A DNA stretch of 64,000 nt from Candidatus Aenigmatarchaeota archaeon (GCA_016180945.1 JACPAG010000003.1:39312-103311); one strand, 5' to 3'; shown: positions 1 through 9,334, numbered from the stretch's first letter. The notes: a model not told the origin generated them from the letters alone. Translations and numbers: made by a program.

Positions 1-102
1 CCGGATGATATAAAAGAAATGACAAGCATCGGCACAAAACAGGTAAAATCTGATTTCATTTATATCGCCGATTTGGCAAAGGGCCTTGGCTGGAAGCAAT
101 AA
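1..102 (+). CDS. 3' end of an upstream gene (partial); possibly rpl13 by synteny with the rps9-rpoN cluster
   Basis: Frame 1 is open from base 1 to TAA at 100-102 and encodes ...DLAKGLGWKQ. The rps9 gene follows immediately downstream. Confidence 0.3.
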   Translation, partial: PDDIKEMTSIGTKQVKSDFIYIADLAKGLGWKQ

Positions 103-144
103 ATATTTATAATATGGGATACGAGACACGCATAAATAAATAAT

Positions 145-182
145 ATGGCAATCGACTTTTTGCCGGAGCAAAGGGGATAAAT
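145..182 (+). promoter_or_regulatory. Conserved leader motif: ATGGCAATCGAC, hairpin CTTTGC-CGGA-GCAAAG, then GGGGATAA, ending 2 nt before the rps9 ATG
   Basis: Exact motif is present. An A/T box (aataat) lies directly 5'. A degenerate second copy (ATGGGATACGAGAC) sits at about 113-126. Confidence 0.6.
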
Positions 183-617
183 ATGGCAGAAGAGCAGCAG
201 AAACAGAAAAAGAAAAAAATCATAATAGCCCTTGGAACCAGAAAGAAATCAATAGCCAGGGCTGTTTTGAGGGAAGGCTCCGGAAAGGTCAGGATAAACT
301 CCGTTCTTATTGACTTGGTCGAACCGCGTTATAAGCAGATGAGAATCAAGGAGGCCCTGCTTCTGGCCGGCGACGTTGCAAAAACTGTGGACATAAATGT
401 CAGCGTGTCCGGCGGCGGCGTGTGGGGCCAGGCTGACGCATCCAGGAATGCGATAGCCAATGCACTGGTATCGTGGAGAAAAGACGACAGCCTGAAGCGC
501 GCTTATCTGGAGTACGACCGTTCGCTGCTTATACCGGACGCGCGCCGCACCGAACCGCACAAGCCGTCCCGTTCAAGCGCAGGTCCTAGGCGAACGAAAC
601 AGCAAAGCAAGCGTTAA
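183..617 (+). CDS. rps9: 30S ribosomal protein S9 (uS9)
   Basis: Protein shows the S9 signature GGGVWGQADASRNAIANALV and a basic C-terminus. Confidence 0.9.
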   Translation: MAEEQQKQKKKKIIIALGTRKKSIARAVLREGSGKVRINSVLIDLVEPRYKQMRIKEALLLAGDVAKTVDINVSVSGGGVWGQADASRNAIANALVSWRKDDSLKRAYLEYDRSLLIPDARRTEPHKPSRSSAGPRRTKQQSKR

Positions 618-639
618 ATAATATTTTTACATAGGAAAT

Positions 640-852
640 ATGGAAAAGGTGATTAATACGATTATCCCAGTCAGGTGTTTATCGTGCGGCAAGCCCGTAG
701 GCGGCTTGTGGGAAAAGTATAAGGAGCGCGTCAGCAAGGGCCAGCAGCCGGGCAAAGCCCTGGACGACCTGGGATTGAAAAGGTACTGCTGCCGTGCCTT
801 GTTCATGACACACGTCGACGTTTTAAAGAACGTCGCCAGATACAGGATATGA
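640..852 (+). CDS. rpoN: DNA-directed RNA polymerase subunit N (Rpo10/RpoN)
   Basis: Contains IPVRCLSCGK...LGLKRYCCRALFMTHVDVL, the Rpb10 zinc-bundle motif. Confidence 0.85.
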   Translation: MEKVINTIIPVRCLSCGKPVGGLWEKYKERVSKGQQPGKALDDLGLKRYCCRALFMTHVDVLKNVARYRI

Positions 853-855
853 GAC

Positions 856-1557
856 ATGAACATAGAAAAATTCCTTCTTGACAATAACATAAGGATTACA
901 AAACGCCTTGACCAGCACCTTCTTCTTAAGAGCGAAATGCTTGAAAAAGAAGTGGCGTTAGCCGAGCTGAAGAAAAGCGACGTCGTGATTGAAATTGGCC
1001 CCGGCATCGGCAACCTGACAAAGCTTCTTGCAGAAAAATGCAGGGTTGTTGCAATAGAAAAAGACAGGCAATTTGCCGCCCTGCTGGAAAACTATAACGT
1101 CATTTACGGTAACGCATTGGACTTGATAAAAACCGTTAAGTTCAACAAGATTGTATCAAACATACCATACTCGATATCCCAGCCGCTCCTGCTAGAGCTG
1201 CTCAGACATAACTGGCAGAAAGCCGTTTTGATTGTCCAGAAAGAATTTGCAGAAAAACTCGTTAGCGGCAAGTTGGCCATTCTGCTAAAAGACTGCGGAG
1301 ACGTCACGATAGAGGCGTTTGTGCCGGGCGATAATTTTTATCCGCCAGCGGCGGATTCTGCGATAGTTGTCATTGACAAGACCGGGCCGTTCGACGAAAA
1401 TCTGTGGGCCTTCTTAAAAGTCGTATACAGGCGGAAAAACAGGAACGTGAGGAATGTTGTTAAAAAATATCCGGCAGAACTCGGAAAAAAGAAAATTCAT
1501 CAGCTCAGTAACGAAGAGATAAAAGCTTTGTATGAAATGAATAAAGTAATCCAGTGA
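856..1557 (+). CDS. rsmA: 16S rRNA (adenine1518/1519-N6) dimethyltransferase KsgA/Dim1
   Basis: Carries the SAM-binding motif VIEIGPGIGNLT and a C-terminal KsgA domain. Confidence 0.85.
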   Translation: MNIEKFLLDNNIRITKRLDQHLLLKSEMLEKEVALAELKKSDVVIEIGPGIGNLTKLLAEKCRVVAIEKDRQFAALLENYNVIYGNALDLIKTVKFNKIVSNIPYSISQPLLLELLRHNWQKAVLIVQKEFAEKLVSGKLAILLKDCGDVTIEAFVPGDNFYPPAADSAIVVIDKTGPFDENLWAFLKVVYRRKNRNVRNVVKKYPAELGKKKIHQLSNEEIKALYEMNKVIQ

Positions 1558-1561
1558 TACT

Positions 1562-2266
1562 ATGGCTACCCAAACCCATGAAAGGGCTGCAACCACCGAG
1601 GAAGCGAGAAGATACTTAGAATACGCATTAGATCCTTCGTTCACCAGGGAGATGGCGGCCATTTTTGGCAACGCCGAACCGGCTCCGGCAGAAATAGCAT
1701 TCTACGACGCAAAGCTTAGTGGTACTGGCGAGCTTGCAAATTATCTTAGGCCTGAAGAGGTCGCCGAACTATACAACGGGGACAGAGAATTTGTAATGTC
1801 TAGGATAAGGGAGGAGCGTGGCACAACAAAAACCCAGATGGCTCTCAGCCCTGACTTATTAAAAATGCCAGAGGCTCTTGTATATGCTGTTATAGACCAT
1901 GAAAAGTCTCATGGAGCCCAGCCAAAAGGCAAACTGGCGATGAAAGGCATTCATGCCTACACGCCTTTTGGCGTCTTGCCGCTGGGCGAAATGCTTGTAG
2001 AAGGCTGGGCAGAATATGGGCTTGAAAGAAAAGGAAGAAAACCACCTTCCCGTTATTTCGACGAAATATACGGCCACGGAAAAACAGCATACAGCCGGTT
2101 CAGGGATCTCGTCTACGAAGTCGAGGAGCAGTCGCCTGGCATAACAAGGCAGATAATGAGGGCAGCAAGGAGAGGCGGCCCAAACGCGGCAATAAGGCTT
2201 ATAGAAGGCATACCAAACATAGAGAATATAGTAACTAAATATGCCTGCAGCATGAGAAAGAACTAG
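1562..2266 (+). CDS. Hypothetical protein with an HEXXH motif (putative zinc-metallopeptidase-like)
   Basis: 234-aa ORF containing VIDHEKSHG. No other recognisable family. It sits between ksgA and a zinc-finger gene. Confidence 0.45.
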   Translation: MATQTHERAATTEEARRYLEYALDPSFTREMAAIFGNAEPAPAEIAFYDAKLSGTGELANYLRPEEVAELYNGDREFVMSRIREERGTTKTQMALSPDLLKMPEALVYAVIDHEKSHGAQPKGKLAMKGIHAYTPFGVLPLGEMLVEGWAEYGLERKGRKPPSRYFDEIYGHGKTAYSRFRDLVYEVEEQSPGITRQIMRAARRGGPNAAIRLIEGIPNIENIVTKYACSMRKN

Positions 2267-2469
2267 CTTATTATTATCTTGTTCTTGCCCTTGAATTCTG
2301 CGCCTATCTTGGTTACATCCGGAATTTTGCCTTCTTTTAGCTGCTGGATTTCGTAGGCGCCGCCTTTTTTCAGATGCACCGCGCTGTGCCGCTGCAGGCC
2401 ACGCCAGCTATTGTATTCCTTTTTGCAGCGCATGCACCGGTATTTTACAGCCGCCTTCTTTTTTGCCAT
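2263..2469 (-). CDS. Small C2H2 zinc-finger protein
   Basis: YRCMRCKKEYNSWRGLQRHSAVH fits C-X2-C-X12-H-X3-H. It is paralogous to the C-terminal finger of the primase fusion at 20228-21595. Confidence 0.6.
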   Translation of the reverse strand: MAKKKAAVKYRCMRCKKEYNSWRGLQRHSAVHLKKGGAYEIQQLKEGKIPDVTKIGAEFKGKNKIIIS

Positions 2470-2564
2470 AATTTTATAGTGCTTGGAAATTATTTAAAAC
2501 AAGGCACTCTCTCATACTGAGGACTGGCTTCCTCTTATAAAAGTTTTCATAATGAATAGATATT

Positions 2565-3650
2565 ATGCTTCCCGACAAATACAGGCCGAAAATGCTTTCG
2601 GACATGATAGGCAACCGGGAACAGGTAGCTGAAATAAGAGACTGGATAGCGGCGTGGAAAAAGGGCAAGGCACTCTTGCTGTACGGCCCGACTGGCGGCG
2701 GAAAATCCTTGGCCATCGAACTGATAGCAAAAGAAATGCATTGCGAGCTCGTCGAAAGCCACGCAAGCGACAACAGAAGCTACAGGCAGCTGAAAGAAAG
2801 TATAATGAAAGCGTCCGGGCAGAGGAGCCTGATGCTGAGGAAAAAGCTCATTCTTGTAGATGAAATCGAAACGCTCGAGTCCGTAAAGGGCGTTATAGAG
2901 CTGATAGAGAGCAGCGACTTCCCGGTAATATTAATAGGAACAAACCCCTACGAGAAGAGACTGTTTTCATTGCGGCAGCATTGCAGGCTTGTGAAACTTG
3001 GAAAAGTCCGTCACGACGTTCTGTCACGATTCCTGATGCAGGTGAATGTGAAAGAGAAATTGAACGTTCCGGACTCGTCAATTTATGGCATTTCAAAGGC
3101 ATGCAATGGCGATGTGAGGAGCGCCCTCATAGACCTCTTGTACAGCTGTCCTGCTGTCAGGGAATATGACGAAGACGTGTTCAACACGCTGAAAATAATT
3201 TTCAGGTCGCCGAAAATAGGCGATATCCGCGAAGCCGTAAGCAATTCGGACAGCGAAGGTATCGTGCAGTGGCTGGAAAACAACATACCTGCAGAATACA
3301 CGGACCCGCAGGAAATTGCATCCGCTTACGACTTTCTCTCAAAGGCGGATTTGTTCATGGCCAGAATCATCAAGCGTCAGTCATGGAGCCTGCAAAAATA
3401 CTTTATCGACATGGGTATTTTAGGCGTGTCAGCAAGCAAAAAACAGGTCAGGAACGTTTTTGTTTCTTATGCCAGGCCAGTTTACAGGCATAATAGCATG
3501 GACGGCGCGTTAGGAAAAATAAGCAAAAAACTTCATGTCTCAAAAAAGGATGCGAGAGTTTACGTCACGCTTGTAGGGAAACTTTCCCAAAAAACAGACA
3601 TCGCAACCAAACTGGGCCTCAGCGAGGAAGATATGGAATTAATAAAGTAA
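2565..3650 (+). CDS. rfcL: Replication factor C, large subunit-like (AAA+ clamp loader)
   Basis: KYRPK box; Walker A LLYGPTGGGKS preceded by WIAAWKKGK; Walker B LILVDEIE. Confidence 0.65.
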   Translation: MLPDKYRPKMLSDMIGNREQVAEIRDWIAAWKKGKALLLYGPTGGGKSLAIELIAKEMHCELVESHASDNRSYRQLKESIMKASGQRSLMLRKKLILVDEIETLESVKGVIELIESSDFPVILIGTNPYEKRLFSLRQHCRLVKLGKVRHDVLSRFLMQVNVKEKLNVPDSSIYGISKACNGDVRSALIDLLYSCPAVREYDEDVFNTLKIIFRSPKIGDIREAVSNSDSEGIVQWLENNIPAEYTDPQEIASAYDFLSKADLFMARIIKRQSWSLQKYFIDMGILGVSASKKQVRNVFVSYARPVYRHNSMDGALGKISKKLHVSKKDARVYVTLVGKLSQKTDIATKLGLSEEDMELIK

Positions 3651-3667
3651 GAATGCTTTCAGCTTAC

Positions 3668-4363
3668 CTATAGAACAAAAAACTTTGCGCGCCCCAGAAT
3701 AAGGCTGTTTATCAGCCTTATTTCCTGGCCCGGCTTGACATCAGCATCAAACTTGACTTTTTTTTGGTCGTCGCCCTTTTTAATCTCTATTTTTTTTGAT
3801 TCTATTTCCTTTGGCTTGGTCAGGTCAAAAAGTGACACGTTGACTAAAATATCGTAATCCAAGGCGTCCTTTAATTTGATTGTAGCTTCGTCTTTGGATG
3901 TATCTGCATCAACGCCTTTTATTTCCGGTCTTGCGCCATACCACACCTGGGTGCGCGGCGACTGCAGAAGAACAAGATGAAAATTTTCCATCCCCTTTGC
4001 GCAATCGAGATTGTTTTTTTTCGTTACGTTCAGCATATAGCCTATTTGTGCCGTTCTCTCCGTAGCGAATTGCACGAATTCTTTCAGGTTTTCCCCGGTA
4101 CAGCCGGGATCGGATTTTATCGCCGCCAGAAGACCGTCTTTTACGCTGGAAAAATAAAAATCTTCGTCAGACAAAACAGGCGAGGATTCCACGGCAAAAT
4201 AATCCTTGAATATGACGGATATGGAAAGGAAAATCCCCGAAGCTATGACGGCCGAGATAAAAAACCACTGTCCCTTATTGAAAATATTATCCCTTCGGCT
4301 GTTGTTCCCTGCTTGCCTGCAGCGATTTTCCAGCTTCTTACTTAAAGGCGATAATCTGGGCAT
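3668..4363 (-). CDS. Hypothetical membrane-anchored protein (N-terminal basic segment, one TM helix, extracytoplasmic domain)
   Basis: 231-aa ORF. The hydrophobic segment is WFFISAVIASGIFLSISVIF. Confidence 0.45.
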   Translation of the reverse strand: MPRLSPLSKKLENRCRQAGNNSRRDNIFNKGQWFFISAVIASGIFLSISVIFKDYFAVESSPVLSDEDFYFSSVKDGLLAAIKSDPGCTGENLKEFVQFATERTAQIGYMLNVTKKNNLDCAKGMENFHLVLLQSPRTQVWYGARPEIKGVDADTSKDEATIKLKDALDYDILVNVSLFDLTKPKEIESKKIEIKKGDDQKKVKFDADVKPGQEIRLINSLILGRAKFFVL

Positions 4364-4637
4364 GGGGCACCCCGCTTATTTCTATTGCACTCTTCCTTTC
4401 AATAATGTCTTCCCGGATGAGCAGGGAAATTATATCGTTCCCTACGGCGTTCACTATAGTTGCAGTTTTGAGTAATTTTATTACCTCTTTTTCATCGCCG
4501 CTTTTGGAGCCGTAGAATTCTTTCGAAACATCCAGTTGCAAGTCTTTTTCCGCGAATGTTTTTCCTACTATGTCAATGTCAGAAACAGCAAGAAGAATCT
4601 CTTCGCCCTGCTTGAAAACCGAATAGGAAAATTGCAT
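4338..4637 (-). CDS. Small conserved hypothetical protein
   Basis: 99-aa ORF with plausible coding composition. It overlaps the start of the downstream gene. Confidence 0.4.
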   Translation of the reverse strand: MQFSYSVFKQGEEILLAVSDIDIVGKTFAEKDLQLDVSKEFYGSKSGDEKEVIKLLKTATIVNAVGNDIISLLIREDIIERKSAIEISGVPHAQIIAFK

Positions 4638-4686
4638 AATAGTATGTGCTTCGGATATTATAAAAAGCGCTGAGGAGAAATTACCC

Positions 4687-5091
4687 TTATATCGTTTCCA
4701 TCGACCTTCTGGCGCCGCATGCCTCGCATTTTATGAATATTATGTTTTTGCCTTCCTGGACTGTTGTATCGGGTTTTCCGCACTCGTTGCACATGACGAA
4801 CCGCTTTGCATATTCCTGCACCCGCTGGTTTATGAGAACAGGATAGACTTTCCCCTGAAAAAGCAGCGCACCCTCCTTAAGAGACCCGGGTACAGCAAGT
4901 TCTTTGAAAAGGAATTTTGCCAGGTGTTTCGGCTCCCTTCTGAGGGCCTTTGCTATCTCAGCGAAGTTCTTGACAACCGTCTGCTTGCCTGTCTGGACGT
5001 CGGCGACGGGAATCTCGAATCTTTTTTCCTCTCTCGAAAGCTGCGGAAGCTTTTGCCTTGCCCTTTCAAGCAGTGTTTCATAATTGTCCAT
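4687..5091 (-). CDS. eif2b: Translation initiation factor 2 subunit beta (aIF2-beta)
   Basis: C-terminal zinc ribbon CNECGKPDT...CEACGA and an eIF2-beta core. Confidence 0.85.
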   Translation of the reverse strand: MDNYETLLERARQKLPQLSREEKRFEIPVADVQTGKQTVVKNFAEIAKALRREPKHLAKFLFKELAVPGSLKEGALLFQGKVYPVLINQRVQEYAKRFVMCNECGKPDTTVQEGKNIIFIKCEACGARRSMETI

Positions 5092-5129
5092 TCAATTCAC
5101 CCGAATATTTTATCAGTTACAAATAAGCA

Positions 5130-5227
5130 GGCTTTGTTTAAAAAGAAACCCATTGGCCGTCTTTTGACGCCAATGGGTTACCCATCAGTGTGCATCATTC
5201 TGATGCACACTACTTTTTAAACAAAGC
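5130..5227. repeat. Nested palindromic element: 15-bp terminal inverted repeats (GCTTTGTTTAAAAAG / CTTTTTAAACAAAGC) enclosing two perfect hairpins
   Basis: Inner hairpins are CCCATTGGC...GCCAATGGG and AGTGTGCATC...GATGCACACT. The element lies between the 3' end of pop5 and the 5' end of aIF2-beta. Confidence 0.5.
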
Positions 5228-5247
5228 TAAATAAGCAACCTAATTAT

Positions 5248-5628
5248 TTAAGCAAACTTCTGCAGACCCGTGAGCAGATATTTGTTTTTTGCGGATTTTA
5301 TGGTCCCCGTAACGCCGAGTATTTTTATCAGCGCCTTTGATTCGCCTATTATCTGTATCAGCGAGAGGACCGCGCGTATATGCTCGACGTAATCATGCTT
5401 GCACTTGATGACGCCGCGCTGCTTTTCAGCGTCGTAGAGGTTCTGGACAAGCCACATCTTGGCTTCTGCGCTTTCCAGTTCGCCGAGAAAATTCATCATC
5501 TGGCTCCATATGGTGTCTACGAGGTCCTCGTATTTGACAGCCTGCTCTGATATGATTTCGAAAACTATATACCTCCTGCGGCTTCTTAAGCTGGGCGGCA
5601 GCATTTTAGGCTCTGGCATAGGTATCAC
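5248..5628 (-). CDS. rnp2: RNase P protein component 2 (Pop5)
   Basis: N-terminal PPSLRSRRRYIVFEI is the Pop5 signature (RYIxFE). Confidence 0.7.
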   Translation of the reverse strand: MIPMPEPKMLPPSLRSRRRYIVFEIISEQAVKYEDLVDTIWSQMMNFLGELESAEAKMWLVQNLYDAEKQRGVIKCKHDYVEHIRAVLSLIQIIGESKALIKILGVTGTIKSAKNKYLLTGLQKFA

Positions 5629-5782
5629 ACTAAGTAATGCAAAGATGATGCTTGATTCAGCAAGCAGGCGAATTGCCTAATGGATATCAAGGGGAATTTT
5701 GTTTTGTTTACTTGATTACATATCCAGTTAACAACCATACTTCCATATCGCATAAAGCAGCACATCTTCGGCTTAGTTCTAA

Positions 5783-6319
5783 TTATTTCCATTTGATTGA
5801 GCATCCCATCGACGGCTCAAAACCCTTTATTCGTTCCCCTCTCAAAACTTTGTTTATGTTGTTCTCCATCGTCTGTTCCGTAGCTTTTGCGTCGAGCTCA
5901 AGTGCGTTGTCAATCCTGCCGTGGAATACGAGTTTTCGGTTTTTGTCGAAAAGAAACGGGTCCGGCGTGCAGACGGCGCCGTAAGCTTTGGCCACGCTCT
6001 GCGTTTCGTCAATCAGATACGGAAAATTGATGCCTTGTTCCCGTGCGAACTTCTTCATGTTCTCAAATCCCTCGCCCGGATATGCAGGGTTGTTGCTGTT
6101 TATCCCGGCTATCGTGGCCTTTCCGGCAAATTTTTCCTGCAATCTGGTTATCGAACCTATTTTAGCAAGCACGTACGGACAATGGTTGCACATGAAAATT
6201 ACCAGTAGTAGGCCGGCAAATTCGTCTGCCGAATGTATCTTTCCATCCACGCCTTTTAGCCTGAAATCCGGGGCGCTGCTCCCTGTTTGAAGTTTCGCCT
6301 GAGATGTCGTCAAAACCAT
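5783..6319 (-). CDS. Thioredoxin-fold thiol-disulfide oxidoreductase (TlpA/redoxin-like)
   Basis: CNHC (CxxC) motif in a redoxin-like context. Confidence 0.6.
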   Translation of the reverse strand: MVLTTSQAKLQTGSSAPDFRLKGVDGKIHSADEFAGLLLVIFMCNHCPYVLAKIGSITRLQEKFAGKATIAGINSNNPAYPGEGFENMKKFAREQGINFPYLIDETQSVAKAYGAVCTPDPFLFDKNRKLVFHGRIDNALELDAKATEQTMENNINKVLRGERIKGFEPSMGCSIKWK

Positions 6320-6323
6320 ATAA

Positions 6324-7016
6324 TCACTCTACTACACTTACCCCTTCAAATCTGTTGCCGGCAAGCTTTTCCCTGTTTATCCTTACGATTTCTTCCGGAA
6401 CCGTGGACGTCGTCGCTATGGATTCTCCAAGTTCCAGTCCTAACAGATAAGCGAACGCCGCCAGCTCTCTTCCCGACCGCATGCCCCATTTGCTTACCGC
6501 GCCCGATGTCGTTATTATTCTGGTCTCGTATTTTTTTGCAAGCTTGATGTTCTTTTTCATCGCCGACAATATGTATATCCGCCTGCGCTTGTAAGATTCC
6601 AGTATTTCCCGGAAGTTTATTTCTATCGCAACTTTATTTTCGCCGGCCGCTTTCATGCAGACATGGTCCAGTCCGCTGTCTTTCCGTCCAAGCTCAGGAT
6701 GGCAGAGGATATCAACCATGGGATTTTCACAGGCAGCACGGTTTACGTCATAATCGCCGCCGTGGACCATGATAATTTCCGCTTTGTTCCTGACGTTGCG
6801 GATTGCTTTGTCCAGCTCTGCCGCATTGCCGGATTTTATTATCACGCAAGAAACAAGGTCGATGCCTTCTATCTTCGGGAGCTGCTCAATCTTTCCATTA
6901 TAGTATCTTGCAATCCCAATGCTCCCCAGGCCAATCCGCTTTGCCGTTTCAGCCATTTCTTCTACGGTGTTCTCCCCTATCGAAAGGCTTGTATGCACAT
7001 GCAGGTCGTGAAACAT
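6324..7016 (-). CDS. rnp3: RNase P protein component 3 (Rpp30, PHP domain)
   Basis: FHDLHVHTS start and the PHP-domain histidines typical of Rpp30. Confidence 0.75.
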   Translation of the reverse strand: MFHDLHVHTSLSIGENTVEEMAETAKRIGLGSIGIARYYNGKIEQLPKIEGIDLVSCVIIKSGNAAELDKAIRNVRNKAEIIMVHGGDYDVNRAACENPMVDILCHPELGRKDSGLDHVCMKAAGENKVAIEINFREILESYKRRRIYILSAMKKNIKLAKKYETRIITTSGAVSKWGMRSGRELAAFAYLLGLELGESIATTSTVPEEIVRINREKLAGNRFEGVSVVE

Positions 7017-7170
7017 CCAATCACCAAGGACTTCATTAGTCCATCAAGCCGCTTGCGGCTTGATAGTTCTGCCCTTGAAAAGTACTTGCACAGCAAAGTT
7101 TTAATAAGTAGGTTATAATCGCACGAAAAATAACCTACCGCAGTAGTGTATAAAGAGAAAAGAGGATACA

Positions 7171-7656
7171 CTACTCCCTCAATATCCCGAGCGCGCTCTG
7201 CATCCTCGCCTTCATCGTGTGTATATTGTCTTTCGCCATCTCTATGTACCGTCTCCTCTGCTTGTAATAAAACGTGTAGTTGAAAAGCCACCAGAAGCTC
7301 TTCTGGATGAAATTCGCGTATTCGTATTCCGTCATGATGTTCCCCTTGAACTGCAGCCTTACCCAGCCGGTCTTGTCCTTGCTCGACTGGACGCCCTGGG
7401 CGATGAATCTCACCATTGTTTTGGTCCATCTGTCTTCGGTTCGCCTGCCCTCGTAAAGCGCATAGAAAGGCCTCGGGTCGGATGTTATGTCCCATCTCGT
7501 GTCTATTTCCCTTATATGCTGCCCTGTTATTTTCATTACGTCCCTCAGGAGCTGCGGTATGATGAGCACAGGCGTGTAGGGATTTTTTCCCTCGTAATTT
7601 ATCTTTACCGTCTCCGCCGGCGCGAGTATGTCGTCAATTATCCTGATTGTTGGCAT
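7171..7656 (-). CDS. Hypothetical protein, paralogue A of a tandem pair
   Basis: 161 aa. Shares KINYEGKNPY and a C-terminal ...RRRYIEM...LRE with the adjacent gene. Confidence 0.5.
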   Translation of the reverse strand: MPTIRIIDDILAPAETVKINYEGKNPYTPVLIIPQLLRDVMKITGQHIREIDTRWDITSDPRPFYALYEGRRTEDRWTKTMVRFIAQGVQSSKDKTGWVRLQFKGNIMTEYEYANFIQKSFWWLFNYTFYYKQRRRYIEMAKDNIHTMKARMQSALGILRE

Positions 7657-7657
7657 G

Positions 7658-8266
7658 TCATTCCCTCAGCTGCTCGGCAGCCCGTTTCAGAGCATTCTCG
7701 AAATTTATGAGAAGCTCTTTGCCCGTATTAAGGTATTCTATTCTTCTCTGGTGGTAGAAAACCCTGTGCCACGTCCTGCGCAGCATTTCATATACGATGC
7801 TCTGCTGCCATATGGTGTCCTGCGGGTATTCTGTTATCAGCCTTGGCCTTATGGTTATCACCGCCTTTCCTTCCCCGTTTGCCGAAGAGCCGCGAAAATC
7901 TATCTCTATATACAAGTAACTAAAGAGGTCGAAGAGCTTGTTCACGTCCCAGCCGACCTCAAACCTTTCCGTATCCTTGAGCTTTTCCCACGAATAATCT
8001 CTTTCCTGAATGTACGCATCCGGGACATTTATGACAGTCCTTATCAGCTCGTTGATTTTCTTGTACAGCTTTCCCGGGTCCTTTCCCGCGTACGTTATTT
8101 TAATCTGCTTAACCGGTTCAAACAAATAGTCCCATATCATTAATTTGGTTCTTGCCCAGACCATCAGAATCGCCTTATGATATATTATCGTGGCTGTATA
8201 AAAATAAAAATTACCAAGGTATTCCAGAGGGCAAGGCAGAAATAAAGCCGCCTCCCCTAGCTTCAT
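7658..8266 (-). CDS. Hypothetical protein, paralogue B of a tandem pair
   Basis: 202 aa with KITYAGKDPG ... RRIEYLN...LRE. The stop-to-start gap with the paralogue is 1 nt. Confidence 0.5.
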   Translation of the reverse strand: MKLGEAALFLPCPLEYLGNFYFYTATIIYHKAILMVWARTKLMIWDYLFEPVKQIKITYAGKDPGKLYKKINELIRTVINVPDAYIQERDYSWEKLKDTERFEVGWDVNKLFDLFSYLYIEIDFRGSSANGEGKAVITIRPRLITEYPQDTIWQQSIVYEMLRRTWHRVFYHQRRIEYLNTGKELLINFENALKRAAEQLRE

Positions 8267-8314
8267 TCCTGGAAACTAAGAGATAAACTTCTCTTTCCTT
8301 CTTTCTTTAACTCT

Positions 8315-8689
8315 ATGATTAGCTTTATACACAGCCAATCTCAATATTTATTCATGGTCTTCGAAATCATAGTCGCAGCAATCCTCATAGCCTTCGGGCT
8401 GCTTTCGATATACTTCTCCATAGAGGAAAACGTCGGCGACAACAAGCTGATGCTGATACTGGTTATAGGCATCTTGTCCGTCGTGGCCGGCTTATGGATA
8501 ATCGTGGTCAAGATAACGCTGGCGGTCATACTGAAGAAGATAGCCGGACTCGTCCTCACGGGCTTCGGGCTTTTCATGGTGATAAGCTTTCCTGATATAA
8601 CCGACTATCAGTACCAGACCTTCAGCTTTTCAGGCGTCTTTATAGGCCTCATAGTTCTTGTCATAGGAGTTTATCTGCTGCTGTTTTAA
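8315..8689 (+). CDS. Small integral membrane protein (4 predicted TM helices)
   Basis: Strongly hydrophobic 124-aa ORF. Confidence 0.45.
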   Translation: MISFIHSQSQYLFMVFEIIVAAILIAFGLLSIYFSIEENVGDNKLMLILVIGILSVVAGLWIIVVKITLAVILKKIAGLVLTGFGLFMVISFPDITDYQYQTFSFSGVFIGLIVLVIGVYLLLF

Positions 8690-8811
8690 GTAAGTCAAGA
8701 ATGTTTGCTTCGGCTAGTTTCCAGAAGGAGGTATCATTCCCAACAATTCAATTAGAATCCTAATTCATAAAGTAATGGTGATAGAAAAAGAACATTTTTT
8801 GTAGTACACTA

Positions 8812-9033
8812 TCAGCGCCAAAACTTTGACTTCTCTCCTCTCAATATTTTTCTCCTTATTCTTCTTTTTCCTGTTTTCAAATCAGTATCTATAAACTCAT
8901 TTTTATCTGGGTTTCTTGGAGCCATTATTAACTTTGACTTTTCTTTTCTAACTAATTTTCTCCTTATTGTTATTTTTCCTGTTTTTATATCAATCCATTC
9001 AAACTCGCCCTTTCTTAGTTTTCTTGGAGCCAT
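8812..9033 (-). CDS. Small basic protein made of two tandem ~35-aa repeats
   Basis: MAPRKLRKGEFEWIDIKTGKITIRRKLVRKEKSKL is repeated as MAPRNPDKNEFIDTDLKTGKRRIRRKILRGEKSKF. The DNA shows a ~108-nt tandem duplication. Confidence 0.4.
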   Translation of the reverse strand: MAPRKLRKGEFEWIDIKTGKITIRRKLVRKEKSKLIMAPRNPDKNEFIDTDLKTGKRRIRRKILRGEKSKFWR

Positions 9034-9085
9034 TACAAAACCTCCAGAGTATTCAACTCCCCAAAGAAGTAATTTCCTTACTTTA

Positions 9086-9334
9086 TTATTTCTTCTTCTC
9101 TTTCTTCTCCCACTTGAGGTCTTCGTATTCTATCCACGCGACTATCAGGCCGATGAAAATCAGGAATATGCCGAAAAGCCCCACGAACATGTCCATGAAA
9201 GCCCTCGTAGGGCGGATGCCCAGTATGTCGTTGAACTGGCCTAGCAAAGGACCGGCGTACCAGTACACGCCCGCTGTGAAAACCAACAACCCAATAACAA
9301 GTTTAACCGCCGGATGCATTATATCACAACACAA
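9086..9334 (-). CDS. Small membrane protein (2 TM helices, KKEKKK tail)
   Basis: 82-aa hydrophobic ORF. Confidence 0.35.
   Translation of the reverse strand: MCCDIMHPAVKLVIGLLVFTAGVYWYAGPLLGQFNDILGIRPTRAFMDMFVGLFGIFLIFIGLIVAWIEYEDLKWEKKEKKK

Noticed and set aside
145-182. The ATG inside the leader motif as the start of a conserved leader peptide (MAIDF...)
   Set aside because: Across copies this ATG is out of frame, overlapping, or in frame with the downstream gene. The peptide continuation differs every time. Only nucleotide sequence and pairing are conserved.
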